From Actinomycetota bacterium (GTDB taxonomy: Bacteria; Actinomycetota; Acidimicrobiia; Spongiisociales; UBA5794), in the NCBI GenBank assembly GCA_030123765.1, contig JASJXX010000001.1, forward strand, positions 21,210 to 85,209: 64,000 nucleotides of DNA, given 5' to 3'. Made by a program: the position numbers and the translations under genes. Of the stretch, positions 1 through 8,953 are shown in pieces. Position 1 is the first letter of the stretch. Every line of letters starts with the position of its first letter. The notes below the pieces were generated by a model. It was not told the DNA's origin, did not search any database, and saw only the letters and a program-made list of their open reading frames with translations.

Positions 1-859
1 TCACCTTGAGATCCGTGCCCTTCGAGGCGAAAAGGCACGTGTAGAGTTTGCCTTCAGCCGAGAGACGTAGCCGCGTGCAGTCACCGCAGAACGGCTCGGA
101 CACCGAGGAGATGAATCCCACCTCGCCTCCTCCGTCGCTGAATCGGTATCGCTGCGCGACCTCTCCCCGATACGTCGGGTCGATGGGCTCAAGCTTCCAA
201 CGTTCCGAGATGATCTTGAGCAGCTCAACGGACGGAACAACCTCGTCGAGATTCCACGAGTTGGTGGTTCCCACGTCCATGAATTCGATGAACCGTACGG
301 TGTGGCCCGTCCCCCTGAAGTGTTCGAGGAGTGGCAGAACCTGGTCCTCGTTCCGGTTTCGGCGTACCACGGTGTTGATCTTGACCGGGTCGAGACCGAC
401 GTCGGAAGCAACGTCGATGGCTTCGAGAACTGTGGCCACAGGGACGTCCGTGTCGATCATCTCGCGAAACACGCTGTCATCGAGCGCGTCGAGGCTCACG
501 GTGACCCTGTCGAGCCCTGCCTCCTTCAGGCGTTCGGCTTCCCTCGCAAGGAGTAAGCCGTTCGTGGTCATGGCGAGGTCTTCGAGCTCGGTGAGGGAGG
601 ACAACATCCTGACAAGCCGATACGCCTTGGACCGCAGAAGCGGCTCACCTCCCGTGAGGCGGACCTTGCGGACACCGAGGTCGGTGGCGAGCCTCGTGAT
701 GCGCCGTATCTCGCCGTAACTCAGGATCTCGGCTCGTTCGAGGTAGGTGTGGCCGTCGTAGATCTCGCGAGGCATGCAGTAGCCGCAGCGGAAGCTGCAC
801 CGGTCGGTGACCGAGATTCGGAGGTCGCGCAGCGGTCGGCTGCGAGTGTCTGTGACCAT
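1..859 (-). CDS. moaA: GTP 3',8-cyclase MoaA (radical SAM), C-terminus runs off the window
   Basis: Found by manual translation of the minus strand starting at the ATG at 859. The product reads MVTDTRSRPLRDLRISVTDRCSFRCGYCMPREIY...LTGGEPLL...FIEFMDVGT..., with the CxxxCxxC radical-SAM motif and MoaA-typical blocks. It is absent from the ORF track only because no stop codon falls inside the window. Confidence 0.85.
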   Translation of the reverse strand, partial: MVTDTRSRPLRDLRISVTDRCSFRCGYCMPREIYDGHTYLERAEILSYGEIRRITRLATDLGVRKVRLTGGEPLLRSKAYRLVRMLSSLTELEDLAMTTNGLLLAREAERLKEAGLDRVTVSLDALDDSVFREMIDTDVPVATVLEAIDVASDVGLDPVKINTVVRRNRNEDQVLPLLEHFRGTGHTVRFIEFMDVGTTNSWNLDEVVPSVELLKIISERWKLEPIDPTYRGEVAQRYRFSDGGGEVGFISSVSEPFCGDCTRLRLSAEGKLYTCLFASKGTDLKV

Positions 860-895
860 CTCGTAACAATACTCCCTGATAGATCGTCACACCGC

Positions 896-2023
896 TCAAG
901 TAGCGAGAGCAAGGAACTCGCTGCGGGTACGCGCGTCGGATCGGAACGTCCCGCGCATCGCGCTGGTGACCATGCTGGACTCCTGCTTCTGGACGCCCCG
1001 CATCATCATGCAGAGATGTTTGCCCTCCATCACGACCCCCACGCCGTAGGGGGCGAGAATGTCCGCGAGGGCGTCCGCGACCTGGTTCGTGAGACGCTCT
1101 TGCACCTGCAATCTGCGAGCGAACACGTCCACGACGCGCGCTATCTTCGACAGTCCGATGATCTTCTCCTTGGGCAGGTACCCGATGGTCGCTTTCCCGA
1201 AGAAGGGGAGCATGTGATGCTCGCACATCGAGTAGTACTCGACGTCGCGTACGACGACCATCTCGTTCGCGCCCTCTGCGTCGAAGAGCGCTCCGTTGAC
1301 GACATCCTCAACCGAGGACGTGTATCCGCTGGTGAGGAAGTCCAACGCCTTGGCGACCCGCCGGGGCGTCCGCTGGAGCCCCTCACGGTCGGGATCCTCC
1401 CCGATCTCGATGAGCTGGTCGCGGACGATTGCTTCCAACCTGGGCGCGTACATGCCCTCCACGTCATCAAAGTCAGGGACGGCGCTGGTCGTGTACGGGG
1501 TTGAGAGCCTGATCGCCACGTGGGGAATGACCTGCGAATCTTCGGTGACCAGGGACTCCGCGATCTCGCTCGCGGTCCGCCCCGAAGTGGGGTGCACCCA
1601 CCGGGGAGCAATCTCGGCGATGGGGACGGCGATGTACGCTTCGCTCTCCGCGCCGGGGTCCGGGAGCGACCAGCCGTCGTACTCCTTCGCGAGGACACCG
1701 TAATAGATGACATCGAGGTCTACGGTGCGGGGCGCGCTCGGATCGCTCGAGCGTTGACGTCCGAGATCGTCCTCGATTCCGTGCAACCGCTCGCGTAGCG
1801 CCTCAGGGTCAAGCGTCGTCGTGACAAGAACCGCAGCGTTGTAAAAGTCAGGTGCGCCGGCGGGACCGCCAACAGACTTGCTCTCGTAACATGTGCTCAC
1901 TGTACGTACCGTTATGCCTGGCTGTCGGCGGAGATGCCGGATCGATTCCGGCAGGCACCGTTCCTTGTCCAGATTGGATCCCGCAAGGATGACGACCTCA
2001 ACCGGATCTTGGATAGGTGGCAT
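896..2023 (-). CDS. folK/folE: Bifunctional fusion of HPPK (N-terminal, ~1487-2023) and GTP cyclohydrolase I (C-terminal, ~896-1486)
   Basis: A single 375-aa ORF. The N-terminal half carries the HPPK motifs ([10 protein letters not shown]...[10 protein letters not shown]...). The C-terminal half carries the FolE motifs ([19 protein letters not shown]...[17 protein letters not shown]...RLQVQERLT). No stop codon separates the two halves. Confidence 0.8.
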   Translation of the reverse strand: MPPIQDPVEVVILAGSNLDKERCLPESIRHLRRQPGITVRTVSTCYESKSVGGPAGAPDFYNAAVLVTTTLDPEALRERLHGIEDDLGRQRSSDPSAPRTVDLDVIYYGVLAKEYDGWSLPDPGAESEAYIAVPIAEIAPRWVHPTSGRTASEIAESLVTEDSQVIPHVAIRLSTPYTTSAVPDFDDVEGMYAPRLEAIVRDQLIEIGEDPDREGLQRTPRRVAKALDFLTSGYTSSVEDVVNGALFDAEGANEMVVVRDVEYYSMCEHHMLPFFGKATIGYLPKEKIIGLSKIARVVDVFARRLQVQERLTNQVADALADILAPYGVGVVMEGKHLCMMMRGVQKQESSMVTSAMRGTFRSDARTRSEFLALAT

Positions 2024-2034
2024 CTTCCCTCCTT

Positions 2035-2400
2035 CTACGTGACCTGGTCAACGCGCGAACGCGTGATGGTAATCCCGACAGATCTAGCGTGGCGGAGAGC
2101 CCCGGGCTTCTCCACTCGCACCTCTACCTTCCCGACGCGCTCGTCGATGAGGCAGATGTCCGCTATCTCCTGAGTGAGGCGCTCGACGAGCATGGGCCTG
2201 CCCTCCTCGATGTGGGCAATGATCGCCTTGGTGATCGTGCGATAGTTGACGGCGTCCGCGATGTCATCTGACACCGCGGCGCGGGTCGTGTCTACCCACA
2301 GCGTCGCGTTGACGCGGATCTCCTGCTCGTTGACTCGCTCGTCAGAGTTGATGCCGATGATCCCTGATACGACGAGGTCGGTGATGTGAATGCGATCCAT
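2035..2400 (-). CDS. folB: Dihydroneopterin aldolase
   Basis: [37 protein letters not shown]...[18 protein letters not shown] is a FolB-like sequence of about 120 aa. The start was moved to the internal Met at 2400 (alternative 2433). The longer ORF in the track is a 5' extension. Confidence 0.8.
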   Translation of the reverse strand: MDRIHITDLVVSGIIGINSDERVNEQEIRVNATLWVDTTRAAVSDDIADAVNYRTITKAIIAHIEEGRPMLVERLTQEIADICLIDERVGKVEVRVEKPGALRHARSVGITITRSRVDQVT

Positions 2401-2461
2401 GGGTACAACGGTAACTGAAAGATCGGCGTCCATGAACAGAACGACGCGATCCCCCGTGCGC

Positions 2462-3193
2462 CTATACCAGGTGGCCGCCTCCGTCCACACGGATAATCTC
2501 ACCGGTGATGAAGTCGTTCTCCAGCAAGAGAGCAACCGCGTCGGCAACAACCTGTGTGCCACCGACACGCGATAACGGCAGCTCGGCGGCGAGTTGCCCC
2601 GCATACCCATCACCCTCACCTGGCGGAGGCAGTATGACACCGAGAGCGACCGCGTTGACCCTGATGAGCGGTGCGAGGGAGAGAGCCGAGGCCCTGGTCA
2701 GCGTATCGATGCCGCCCTTCGCGAGCACATACGACAGGTGTTTACGATACGGCTTCGCCGTCCTGGCGTCCGTCACGTTCACGATCGCGCCACCGAGGCC
2801 CTCCGGTACCTGCCTTGCGAAAGCCTGAGTGAGGAGGAGCGGCGTCGCGAGCATCAGGTCCTGAGCGGCGCGGAACCCCTCGAGCGTCACATCTTCGATA
2901 GTGTCGAGAGGGAAACCCGACGCATTGTTCACAAGGATGGTCGGCGGTCCCAACGCGGCCGACGCAACATCGACCAGATGTCGGGCGATCTCAGGGTCGG
3001 AGAGGTCAAGAGATCCGATAGCCGCCACACCGCCCGCAGCGTTGATCTCGCGGTGAAGTGACTCAGCCTTGTCGGAGCTTTGGTGGTAGTGGATGAACAC
3101 GGCAGCACCCCGGCGTGCAAGCTCAGCGGAGATCGCACGCCCGACGCGCGCTGCCCCTCCGGTCACGATGGCTGTTCTTCCCGCAAGGTCCAT
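2462..3193 (-). CDS. Short-chain dehydrogenase/reductase, pteridine-reductase (FolM-like) candidate
   Basis: TAIVTGGAARVGRAI Rossmann motif plus an NNAS...YxxxK SDR signature. Sits at the head of the folB / folK::folE cluster. Start set at MDLAGRTAIVTGG (ATG at 3193). Confidence 0.7.
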   Translation of the reverse strand: MDLAGRTAIVTGGAARVGRAISAELARRGAAVFIHYHQSSDKAESLHREINAAGGVAAIGSLDLSDPEIARHLVDVASAALGPPTILVNNASGFPLDTIEDVTLEGFRAAQDLMLATPLLLTQAFARQVPEGLGGAIVNVTDARTAKPYRKHLSYVLAKGGIDTLTRASALSLAPLIRVNAVALGVILPPPGEGDGYAGQLAAELPLSRVGGTQVVADAVALLLENDFITGEIIRVDGGGHLV

Positions 3194-3247
3194 GCAACCA
3201 TCGTAGTGATCAAGCCCGCTGACTCGGATGCGCCTAAGCTCACCAGC

Positions 3248-3826
3248 GTGAGCAAGGAAGACCCGAAGCCGGGACGTTGGATACTCCCGATCGTCATCAC
3301 CGCGTTGATCGGGTTCACCTACGTCTTCGTGAACGCGCTCCCGGCGGCGGATGTCACGCCACCGGCGACCGCGGCGCGCCACGCCACGACGACAACGACG
3401 ACAACGATCCCGCAGACAACGACGTCAACAACGCTACCAATCGAGGTCCGGGCCTTCCTCCAGGAGCTCGACCGCTTCGAGAACATGGCGAGTGATCTTC
3501 AGAGTGAACTTGAAGACGTCAACACGAAGTGGGAGAACAGGGACATTCTCTTTAGCGCGGCAGATACAGGTTTCAGCGAGGTGAGAGAGGACGCTCAGGA
3601 CCTCGCCAACCAGATCGCCGCAGCCTCCGTCCCCGATCCGTTCACCACGGCGTGGCCTGACACCGTCGCGGCTTCCAAGGACCTCGTCGCGCAGCTGCAG
3701 ACAGTCATCGATGGACTCCGCGCACCGGACGACGGGACACTACGGCGGGCCGCCGTTGACAGCTACAGCGCGACGTCGGCAGCGTTCACCAAACAACTCG
3801 ACGTGGTCCGCGGGTTGACTCCGTAG
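3248..3826 (+). CDS. Hypothetical membrane-anchored protein with a poly-Thr linker
   Basis: GTG at 3248 avoids overlap with the SDR gene. One TM helix (WILPIVITALIGFTYVFV), a TTTTTTTIPQTTTSTT linker and a C-terminal domain of unknown type. Confidence 0.4.
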   Translation: MSKEDPKPGRWILPIVITALIGFTYVFVNALPAADVTPPATAARHATTTTTTTIPQTTTSTTLPIEVRAFLQELDRFENMASDLQSELEDVNTKWENRDILFSAADTGFSEVREDAQDLANQIAAASVPDPFTTAWPDTVAASKDLVAQLQTVIDGLRAPDDGTLRRAAVDSYSATSAAFTKQLDVVRGLTP

Positions 3827-3872
3827 CCGTCCGCAGCAGATCCCTCGAAGATCGTAGAAGTCGACGTGACGT

Positions 3873-4874
3873 CTACTCAGCCAGCTTGCTGCACACCGTC
3901 TCGGTGATCTTCGCTGCAACGAGGTAGGGGTCCGCGTTTGCGTTCGGGCGACGATCCTCGATGTAGCCCTTCTGATCCTGGTTGACCATCCACGGGATGC
4001 GCACCGAGGCGCCTCGGTCTGACACGCCGTACGAATACTCGGACCACGGCGCGGTCTCGTGCATGCCTGTCAAGCGGCTCTCGATGCCGGCGCCGTAGAC
4101 CGCTACGTGCTCATCAGGTTTCTCGCCGAGCGCCTCACACGCAGCAATGACTGGGTCCCAGCTCTCGCGCATCGCCTTCGTTGAGAAATTCGTGTGCATG
4201 CCAGCGCCGTTCCAATCGCCCTTGACCGGCTTGGGGTCCAGCGTTGCGGAGATCTCGTAGTCCTCTGCGATGCGATAGAGCAGCCAGCGAGCCAGCCAGA
4301 TCTCGTCGCCGATGGCGACCGTGTCGATCGGACCGATCTGGAACTCCCACTGGCCGATCATCACCTCGGCGTTCGTGCCTGAGATGGCAAGACCGGCCTC
4401 CATGCACGCCCACGTGTGCTCCTCAACGATGTCACGGCCCCATATCTCGTCCGCGCCGATGCCGCAGTAGTAGCCGCCCTGGGGCGCGGGGAAGCCGCCG
4501 ATCGGCCAACCATGCGGACGGCCATCCTTGAAGAACGTGTACTCCTGCTCCATGCCGAACCACGGCTCCTGATCTCCGTACTTCTCGAGGACGGCAACGG
4601 CGATAGCCCGCGTGTTCGTCTCATGCGGAGTCATGTCGACATTGAGCACCTCGCACAGGACAAGGATGTCGTTGCCGCCGCGGATCGGGTCGGGCACGAC
4701 CTTGACGGGGCGGAGCACGCAGTCGGATTTCTCTCCTGGCGCCTGCTCCGTCGATGAGCCGTCAAACGCCCATATCGGCTGCTCGGCGTCATCGGGGATC
4801 ACTTTCGTCTTGGATCGCAGTTTGGCGGTCGGCTTCTGACCATCGATCCAGATGTACTCGGCGCGATATGGCAT
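3873..4874 (-). CDS. glnII: Glutamine synthetase type II (eukaryote-like, 333 aa)
   Basis: MPYRAEYIWIDG...GIGADEIWGRDIVEEH...NGAGMHTNFST; the length and motifs are typical of GSII. Confidence 0.9.
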   Translation of the reverse strand: MPYRAEYIWIDGQKPTAKLRSKTKVIPDDAEQPIWAFDGSSTEQAPGEKSDCVLRPVKVVPDPIRGGNDILVLCEVLNVDMTPHETNTRAIAVAVLEKYGDQEPWFGMEQEYTFFKDGRPHGWPIGGFPAPQGGYYCGIGADEIWGRDIVEEHTWACMEAGLAISGTNAEVMIGQWEFQIGPIDTVAIGDEIWLARWLLYRIAEDYEISATLDPKPVKGDWNGAGMHTNFSTKAMRESWDPVIAACEALGEKPDEHVAVYGAGIESRLTGMHETAPWSEYSYGVSDRGASVRIPWMVNQDQKGYIEDRRPNANADPYLVAAKITETVCSKLAE

Positions 4875-4953
4875 CGTGTCTCGCTTTCAGCGGTGCTCTC
4901 TTCTCACCGGCACGCGGCGTGCCAGCTATCGTCCGACAGGATGGGCGGACGCG

Positions 4954-4991
4954 GTTTCACTGTAGTAAAGGGAGTGTGAACGCTCTGTTAC
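4954..4991. promoter_or_regulatory. Candidate GlnR operator: four pentamers at 11-bp phase (bottom strand GTAAC-n6-TTCAC-n6-TTTAC-n6-GAAAC)
   Basis: Read directly in the 187-bp divergent glnII/glnA2 intergenic region. The actinobacterial GlnR box is gTnAc-n6-GaAAc. glnR lies about 1.4 kb downstream. Confidence 0.5.
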
Positions 4992-5061
4992 ATCACCGAC
5001 CTGAGAGTGACCAGTCGCCCAAGAGTCAATACGATGGCAGCTACCGGACAGTGGAGAATGT

Positions 5062-6390
5062 ATGGAACGCCAGAAGGAGTATGTGCTCTCGACAGTGAAG
5101 GAGCGGGGTATCCGCTTCATCCGCCTGTGGTTCACGGACGTCCAGGGCTTCCTCAAGTCGTTCGCCATCACCCCCGCCGAACTCGAAGTCGCGCTCGATG
5201 AAGGCATGTCGTTCGATGGCAGCTCTATCGACGGGTTCGCCCGCACCCACGAGGCGGACATGCTCGCTAAGCCGGATCCCGCGACGTTCCAGATCCTCCC
5301 GTGGAGAAGTGGCGACGCTGGCGTGGCACGGATGTTCTGCGACATCGTCACCCCCGAGGGGGAGCCTTTCAGCGGTGATCCTCGCAACGTGCTGCGGCGC
5401 AACCTCGAGCGCGCCGCCGAGCTCGGTTACAGCTTCTACGTTGCACCGGAGATCGAGTATTTCTACTTCGAGGATTCGTCCGAAACCCCGAAGGTGCTCG
5501 ACAGGGGCGGCTACTTCGATCTCACGCCACTCGACGTCGCCCAGGAGTACCGGCGTTCCACGATCATGGCCCTTGAGGCGCTCGGCATCCCTGTGACGTT
5601 CAGCCACCATGAAGTCTCGCCATCCCAGCATGAGCTCGACCTTCGACACACGGACGCGCTCACGATGGCGGACAACATCATGACGACACGCCTCACGGTC
5701 AAAGAGGTCGCGATGGAGCACGGGATCTACGCGACGTTCATGCCCAAGCCGCTCGAGAAGTACGACGGGTCGGGCATGCATCTCCACCTCTCCTTGTTCC
5801 AGGGTGACGAGAATGCTTTCCACGACGAGGCGGGTGAGTACGGGTTATCGAAGGTAGCACACGGCTTCATTGCCGGTCTTCTCAAGCATGCTTCCGAGAT
5901 CACTGCCGTGACGAACCAGTGGGTCAACTCCTATAAGCGCCTTGTGAGCGGATTCGACGCCCCGACCTTCGAGACGTGGGCGAGGAACGATCAGAGCGCA
6001 CTCGTGCGCGTGCCCGCAACGAAGAAGGGGAAGATCGATTCGACACGGATCGAATTCCGCTCTCCCGACCCGGCGTGCAACCCTTACCTCGCACTCTCCG
6101 TGATCCTCGCCGCCGGCCTTGCCGGAGTCACGGGAGCCTACGAGCTGGCGCCCGAGGCCGGTTCGGACGTACTGAAGATGTCTACCGAGGAGCGGCGAGA
6201 AGCCGGGATCCGCCACATCCCGCACAGCCTCATCGACGCGATCACCCTCATGGAGGAGTCCGACCTGGTGCGCGATGCGCTCGGTGACCATGTGTTCTCC
6301 TGGTTCCTCAAGAACAAGCGACGTGAGTGGGCACGGTACGAGCAGCACGTGTCAGCGTACGAACTGAGGGAATTCCTACCGGTGTTGTGA
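5062..6390 (+). CDS. glnA2: Glutamine synthetase type I (GlnA2-like, 442 aa)
   Basis: MERQKEYVLSTVKERGIRFIRLWFTDVQGFLKSFAI...; the N-terminus closely matches GlnA2-type GSI, with the full GS catalytic-domain length. Confidence 0.9.
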   Translation: MERQKEYVLSTVKERGIRFIRLWFTDVQGFLKSFAITPAELEVALDEGMSFDGSSIDGFARTHEADMLAKPDPATFQILPWRSGDAGVARMFCDIVTPEGEPFSGDPRNVLRRNLERAAELGYSFYVAPEIEYFYFEDSSETPKVLDRGGYFDLTPLDVAQEYRRSTIMALEALGIPVTFSHHEVSPSQHELDLRHTDALTMADNIMTTRLTVKEVAMEHGIYATFMPKPLEKYDGSGMHLHLSLFQGDENAFHDEAGEYGLSKVAHGFIAGLLKHASEITAVTNQWVNSYKRLVSGFDAPTFETWARNDQSALVRVPATKKGKIDSTRIEFRSPDPACNPYLALSVILAAGLAGVTGAYELAPEAGSDVLKMSTEERREAGIRHIPHSLIDAITLMEESDLVRDALGDHVFSWFLKNKRREWARYEQHVSAYELREFLPVL

Positions 6391-7040
6391 TGTACGTAGC
6401 TCTCTATCCCGAATCGCCGTCCGCCTCTCTGACCGGGGCCCTCATCGGTGCGGGGTACCAACCGGTGCCGATCGCCGACGTTGCCGACGCCGGGCGGAAG
6501 GAGCCCTCCACCGGGTGGGCCGCCGCAGTCGTTGAGCTGGGCGACAACCCGGACATGGCGATCGCCGTTGCGAGAAAGCTGCGTGATGAGTACGACGTCC
6601 CTGTTCTCATCGTCGTCGACCGCACCCTGACGGGAGACCTGGCCGACAAGGACGGCTTCGATGACTTTCTCCTCACCCCCATCGACCAGGTAGAGCTGCG
6701 CATCAGACTGTCGAGGATCGGGGGGAGAGAGCTCGAAGCCACGGACGACCCTGTCCTGCGCTTCGGCGACCTCGAACTCAACACCGCCACTTATCAGGCG
6801 TACCTCGCGGGGAACCCCGTGGACCTCACCTACATGGAGTACGAGCTGCTGCGATTCTTCGTTGAGCACCCGAACCGAGTGTGGAGTCGCGAGCAGATCC
6901 TCTCCAAGGTCTGGGGCTACGACTACTTCGGAGGCTCACGCACCGTAGACGTCCACGTCAGGCGCCTCCGAGCCAAGCTGAGTGAGGAACGCGCCTCGTG
7001 GATCACGACCGTGCGGTCCGTCGGCTACCGCTTCGGATAG
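6390..7040 (+). CDS. glnR: OmpR-family winged-helix regulator, GlnR-like (atypical receiver domain)
   Basis: C-terminal YEYELLRFFVEHPNRVWSREQIL...TVDVHVRRLRAKL...VRSVGYRF OmpR/PhoB DNA-binding domain. ATG at 6390 overlaps the glnA2 stop (TGATG). Confidence 0.75.
   Translation: MYVALYPESPSASLTGALIGAGYQPVPIADVADAGRKEPSTGWAAAVVELGDNPDMAIAVARKLRDEYDVPVLIVVDRTLTGDLADKDGFDDFLLTPIDQVELRIRLSRIGGRELEATDDPVLRFGDLELNTATYQAYLAGNPVDLTYMEYELLRFFVEHPNRVWSREQILSKVWGYDYFGGSRTVDVHVRRLRAKLSEERASWITTVRSVGYRFG
6985..7037. repeat. Direct repeat copy 1 (~53 bp), covering the last 16 codons and stop of glnR
   Basis: tcgtggatcacgaccgtgcggtccgtcggctaccgcttcggatagcggaccc recurs at 7968-8020. Confidence 0.75.
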
Positions 7041-7130
7041 CGGACCCGTCGCCTGACAGCAAGAGATGAGACGAGTCACAGGCCGTCTTGGGATTCTCCA
7101 TGCGGTCCGATGCCAGCCGGGGGTTGCGAG

Positions 7131-7838
7131 TCAGTCGGCGTTCCCCGACTCGACGATCTCTGTCGCGAATTTGGATGCGCCTGCGATCACCCGCCCGGAT
7201 CCCAAAGCCGCTGCTGCAAAGGCGACCGACACGCCAGCCTCGACCCACGTCACGATGTCAGAGACACAGCTGCTCATGACAACGCCCGGCTTCGAAACGG
7301 AGCCGCCCGTCGACGTTCCGCTTGCGTCCCACATCCAGCCAGATTCCATACCTGTCTCGCCCAGAGGGAGTATCTGCACGGTGCCGTCCGCGTACGTGTC
7401 GATGCACCTCGGATCGAGGTGGACGAATAACACCATGAAAGCTGCAGCACCCAATACCCAGACTGCGACGACGGCGCCGAGCGCCCGAAGAATTCCCTCT
7501 GGCTTGCTCCTCGCGTACATCCAGAGCCACACGACGCCGAGCGGAATTATCACAGGGCTCAAGACCCACATGCCCAACCCCAGCGTGATCGAGAGAACAC
7601 CGGCGGCGGCGAATAGGTTCGGCCTCCCACGCATCGCGAAGAGAGCAAGCGTTGGGGGGATGCTGAGCAGCGCGACGAACGCTATGTCGCCTGCAAGGCT
7701 GAGAGACACGGGTATTTGGCTGCCGAGCGCTCTCAGAGTGACCGCCGCCGCCGCAACGACGTAGCCGAGTACAAGGGAGAGACGTGCAGCACGCCCGGCC
7801 ACCCGGACCTCCGAATTCTGCGCTGTGGGCATGAGCAA
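7131..7838 (-). CDS. Hypothetical polytopic membrane protein (235 aa) inside the repeat-flanked insert
   Basis: Several predicted TM helices. I recognise no conserved motif. Confidence 0.45.
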   Translation of the reverse strand: MLMPTAQNSEVRVAGRAARLSLVLGYVVAAAAVTLRALGSQIPVSLSLAGDIAFVALLSIPPTLALFAMRGRPNLFAAAGVLSITLGLGMWVLSPVIIPLGVVWLWMYARSKPEGILRALGAVVAVWVLGAAAFMVLFVHLDPRCIDTYADGTVQILPLGETGMESGWMWDASGTSTGGSVSKPGVVMSSCVSDIVTWVEAGVSVAFAAAALGSGRVIAGASKFATEIVESGNAD

Positions 7839-7967
7839 TCGTAGCGTTCACAGATCCAAGGACGATCCCAGCGACACCACAACTACCGCAGCACCAACCC
7901 GGGATAAAACACCTTCGTCGAACGGTGACACATCCTGCAGAACCAGATGCCGCGAGCACGGACGATC

Positions 7968-8020
7968 TGCTCGTGGATCACGACCGTGCGGTCCGTCGGC
8001 TACCGCTTCGGATAGCGGAC
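7968..8020. repeat. Direct repeat copy 2 (a duplicate of the glnR 3' end)
   Basis: Identical 53-mer to 6985-7037. The minus-strand ORFs ending at 7003 and 7978 share the C-terminal peptide ...GSAIRSGSRRTARS, which confirms the duplication. Confidence 0.75.
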
Positions 8021-8109
8021 CCATCGGCCGTCACTCCGAGCTGAGTTCTGAGATCTGTCGCACCCGTCGCGTACATTGACCATAGAGGACATGAGGAGAG
8101 GAACCGCGC

Positions 8110-8463
8110 ATGTCCAGTCTTGGAAAACGAAACGCCTTGTATGCTCGACTTGAGGAGGTACTCGGCCCAGAACACGCCGTCACTCTCATGAGCCACATCC
8201 CAACCGAAATCGACCTAGCCACCAAAGCCGACGTCGCTGCCTTGGGTGACCGGATCGACGCCCGGATAGACGGGATCGACGGCCGGTTCGAGCAAGTTGA
8301 GTCGCGCTTGGGTCGCCTTGAAGCCCACATGGTGCGATTCGACGACAAGCTCGACAGATTCCATGAAGCGCTCAGGGATCAGTCCCGCACGTACATGCTG
8401 ACAATGACCGGGGTGATGGCATCCTTCGCTGCGGTCATTATCGCGGCCGGCGTCCTCAACTGA
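8110..8463 (+). CDS. Hypothetical coiled-coil protein with a C-terminal TM anchor (117 aa)
   Basis: Heptad-like charged segment (RIDARIDGIDGRFEQVESRLGRLEAHMVRFDDKLDRFHEAL) followed by a hydrophobic tail. Confidence 0.4.
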   Translation: MSSLGKRNALYARLEEVLGPEHAVTLMSHIPTEIDLATKADVAALGDRIDARIDGIDGRFEQVESRLGRLEAHMVRFDDKLDRFHEALRDQSRTYMLTMTGVMASFAAVIIAAGVLN

Positions 8464-8464
8464 C

Positions 8465-8953
8465 TCAGCCACCCTCGAGCGTGTTCTCCGGGTGAATGCG
8501 ATGTTCGTAGTCGATGATCGGAGACTCATACGGACCGCTCATCAACGGCGACGAGATCAAGAAGTCGGCCGTTGACCGGTTGCACGCCATTGGAATGTTG
8601 TAAACCACGGCGATGCGCAAGAGCGCCTTCACGTCTACATCATGGGGTTGGGTCTGGAGCGGATCCCAGAAGAAGATGACGAGATCGATCTCGCCCTCCG
8701 CTATGCGAGCTCCGATCTGCTGATCTCCACCCAGTGGGCCGCTCTTGAACCGGGTGATGTCAAGATCGAGCTCGTCGGCGAGGATGCCTCCCGTCGTCCC
8801 GGTGGCGAAGAGGTCGTGCCCGGCAAGGACTTCCCTGTTGACTCTCGCCCATTGCAGCAGATCGGCTTTCCGATTGTCATGCGCGATGAGAGCGACGCGT
8901 TTCCGGTCGTGCATCACGCGCATCGGTACGTTTGGATCTTGGTTCTCAGCCAT
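8465..8953 (-). CDS. mgsA: Methylglyoxal synthase
   Basis: [17 protein letters not shown]...[11 protein letters not shown]...[12 protein letters not shown]...VIFFWDPL...[19 protein letters not shown]. Start set at MAENQ (ATG at 8953). Confidence 0.8.
   Translation of the reverse strand: MAENQDPNVPMRVMHDRKRVALIAHDNRKADLLQWARVNREVLAGHDLFATGTTGGILADELDLDITRFKSGPLGGDQQIGARIAEGEIDLVIFFWDPLQTQPHDVDVKALLRIAVVYNIPMACNRSTADFLISSPLMSGPYESPIIDYEHRIHPENTLEGG

Noticed and set aside
1-1504. Track ORFs 1-411 (minus), 48-719 (plus), 302-556 (plus), 645-1226 (minus), 749-1504 (plus), 1141-1713 (minus) and 1296-1703 (plus)
   Set aside because: They are Arg/Ser/Pro-rich and sit in alternative frames or antisense to the clearly conserved moaA and folK::folE reading frames. 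These are typical high-GC spurious ORFs.
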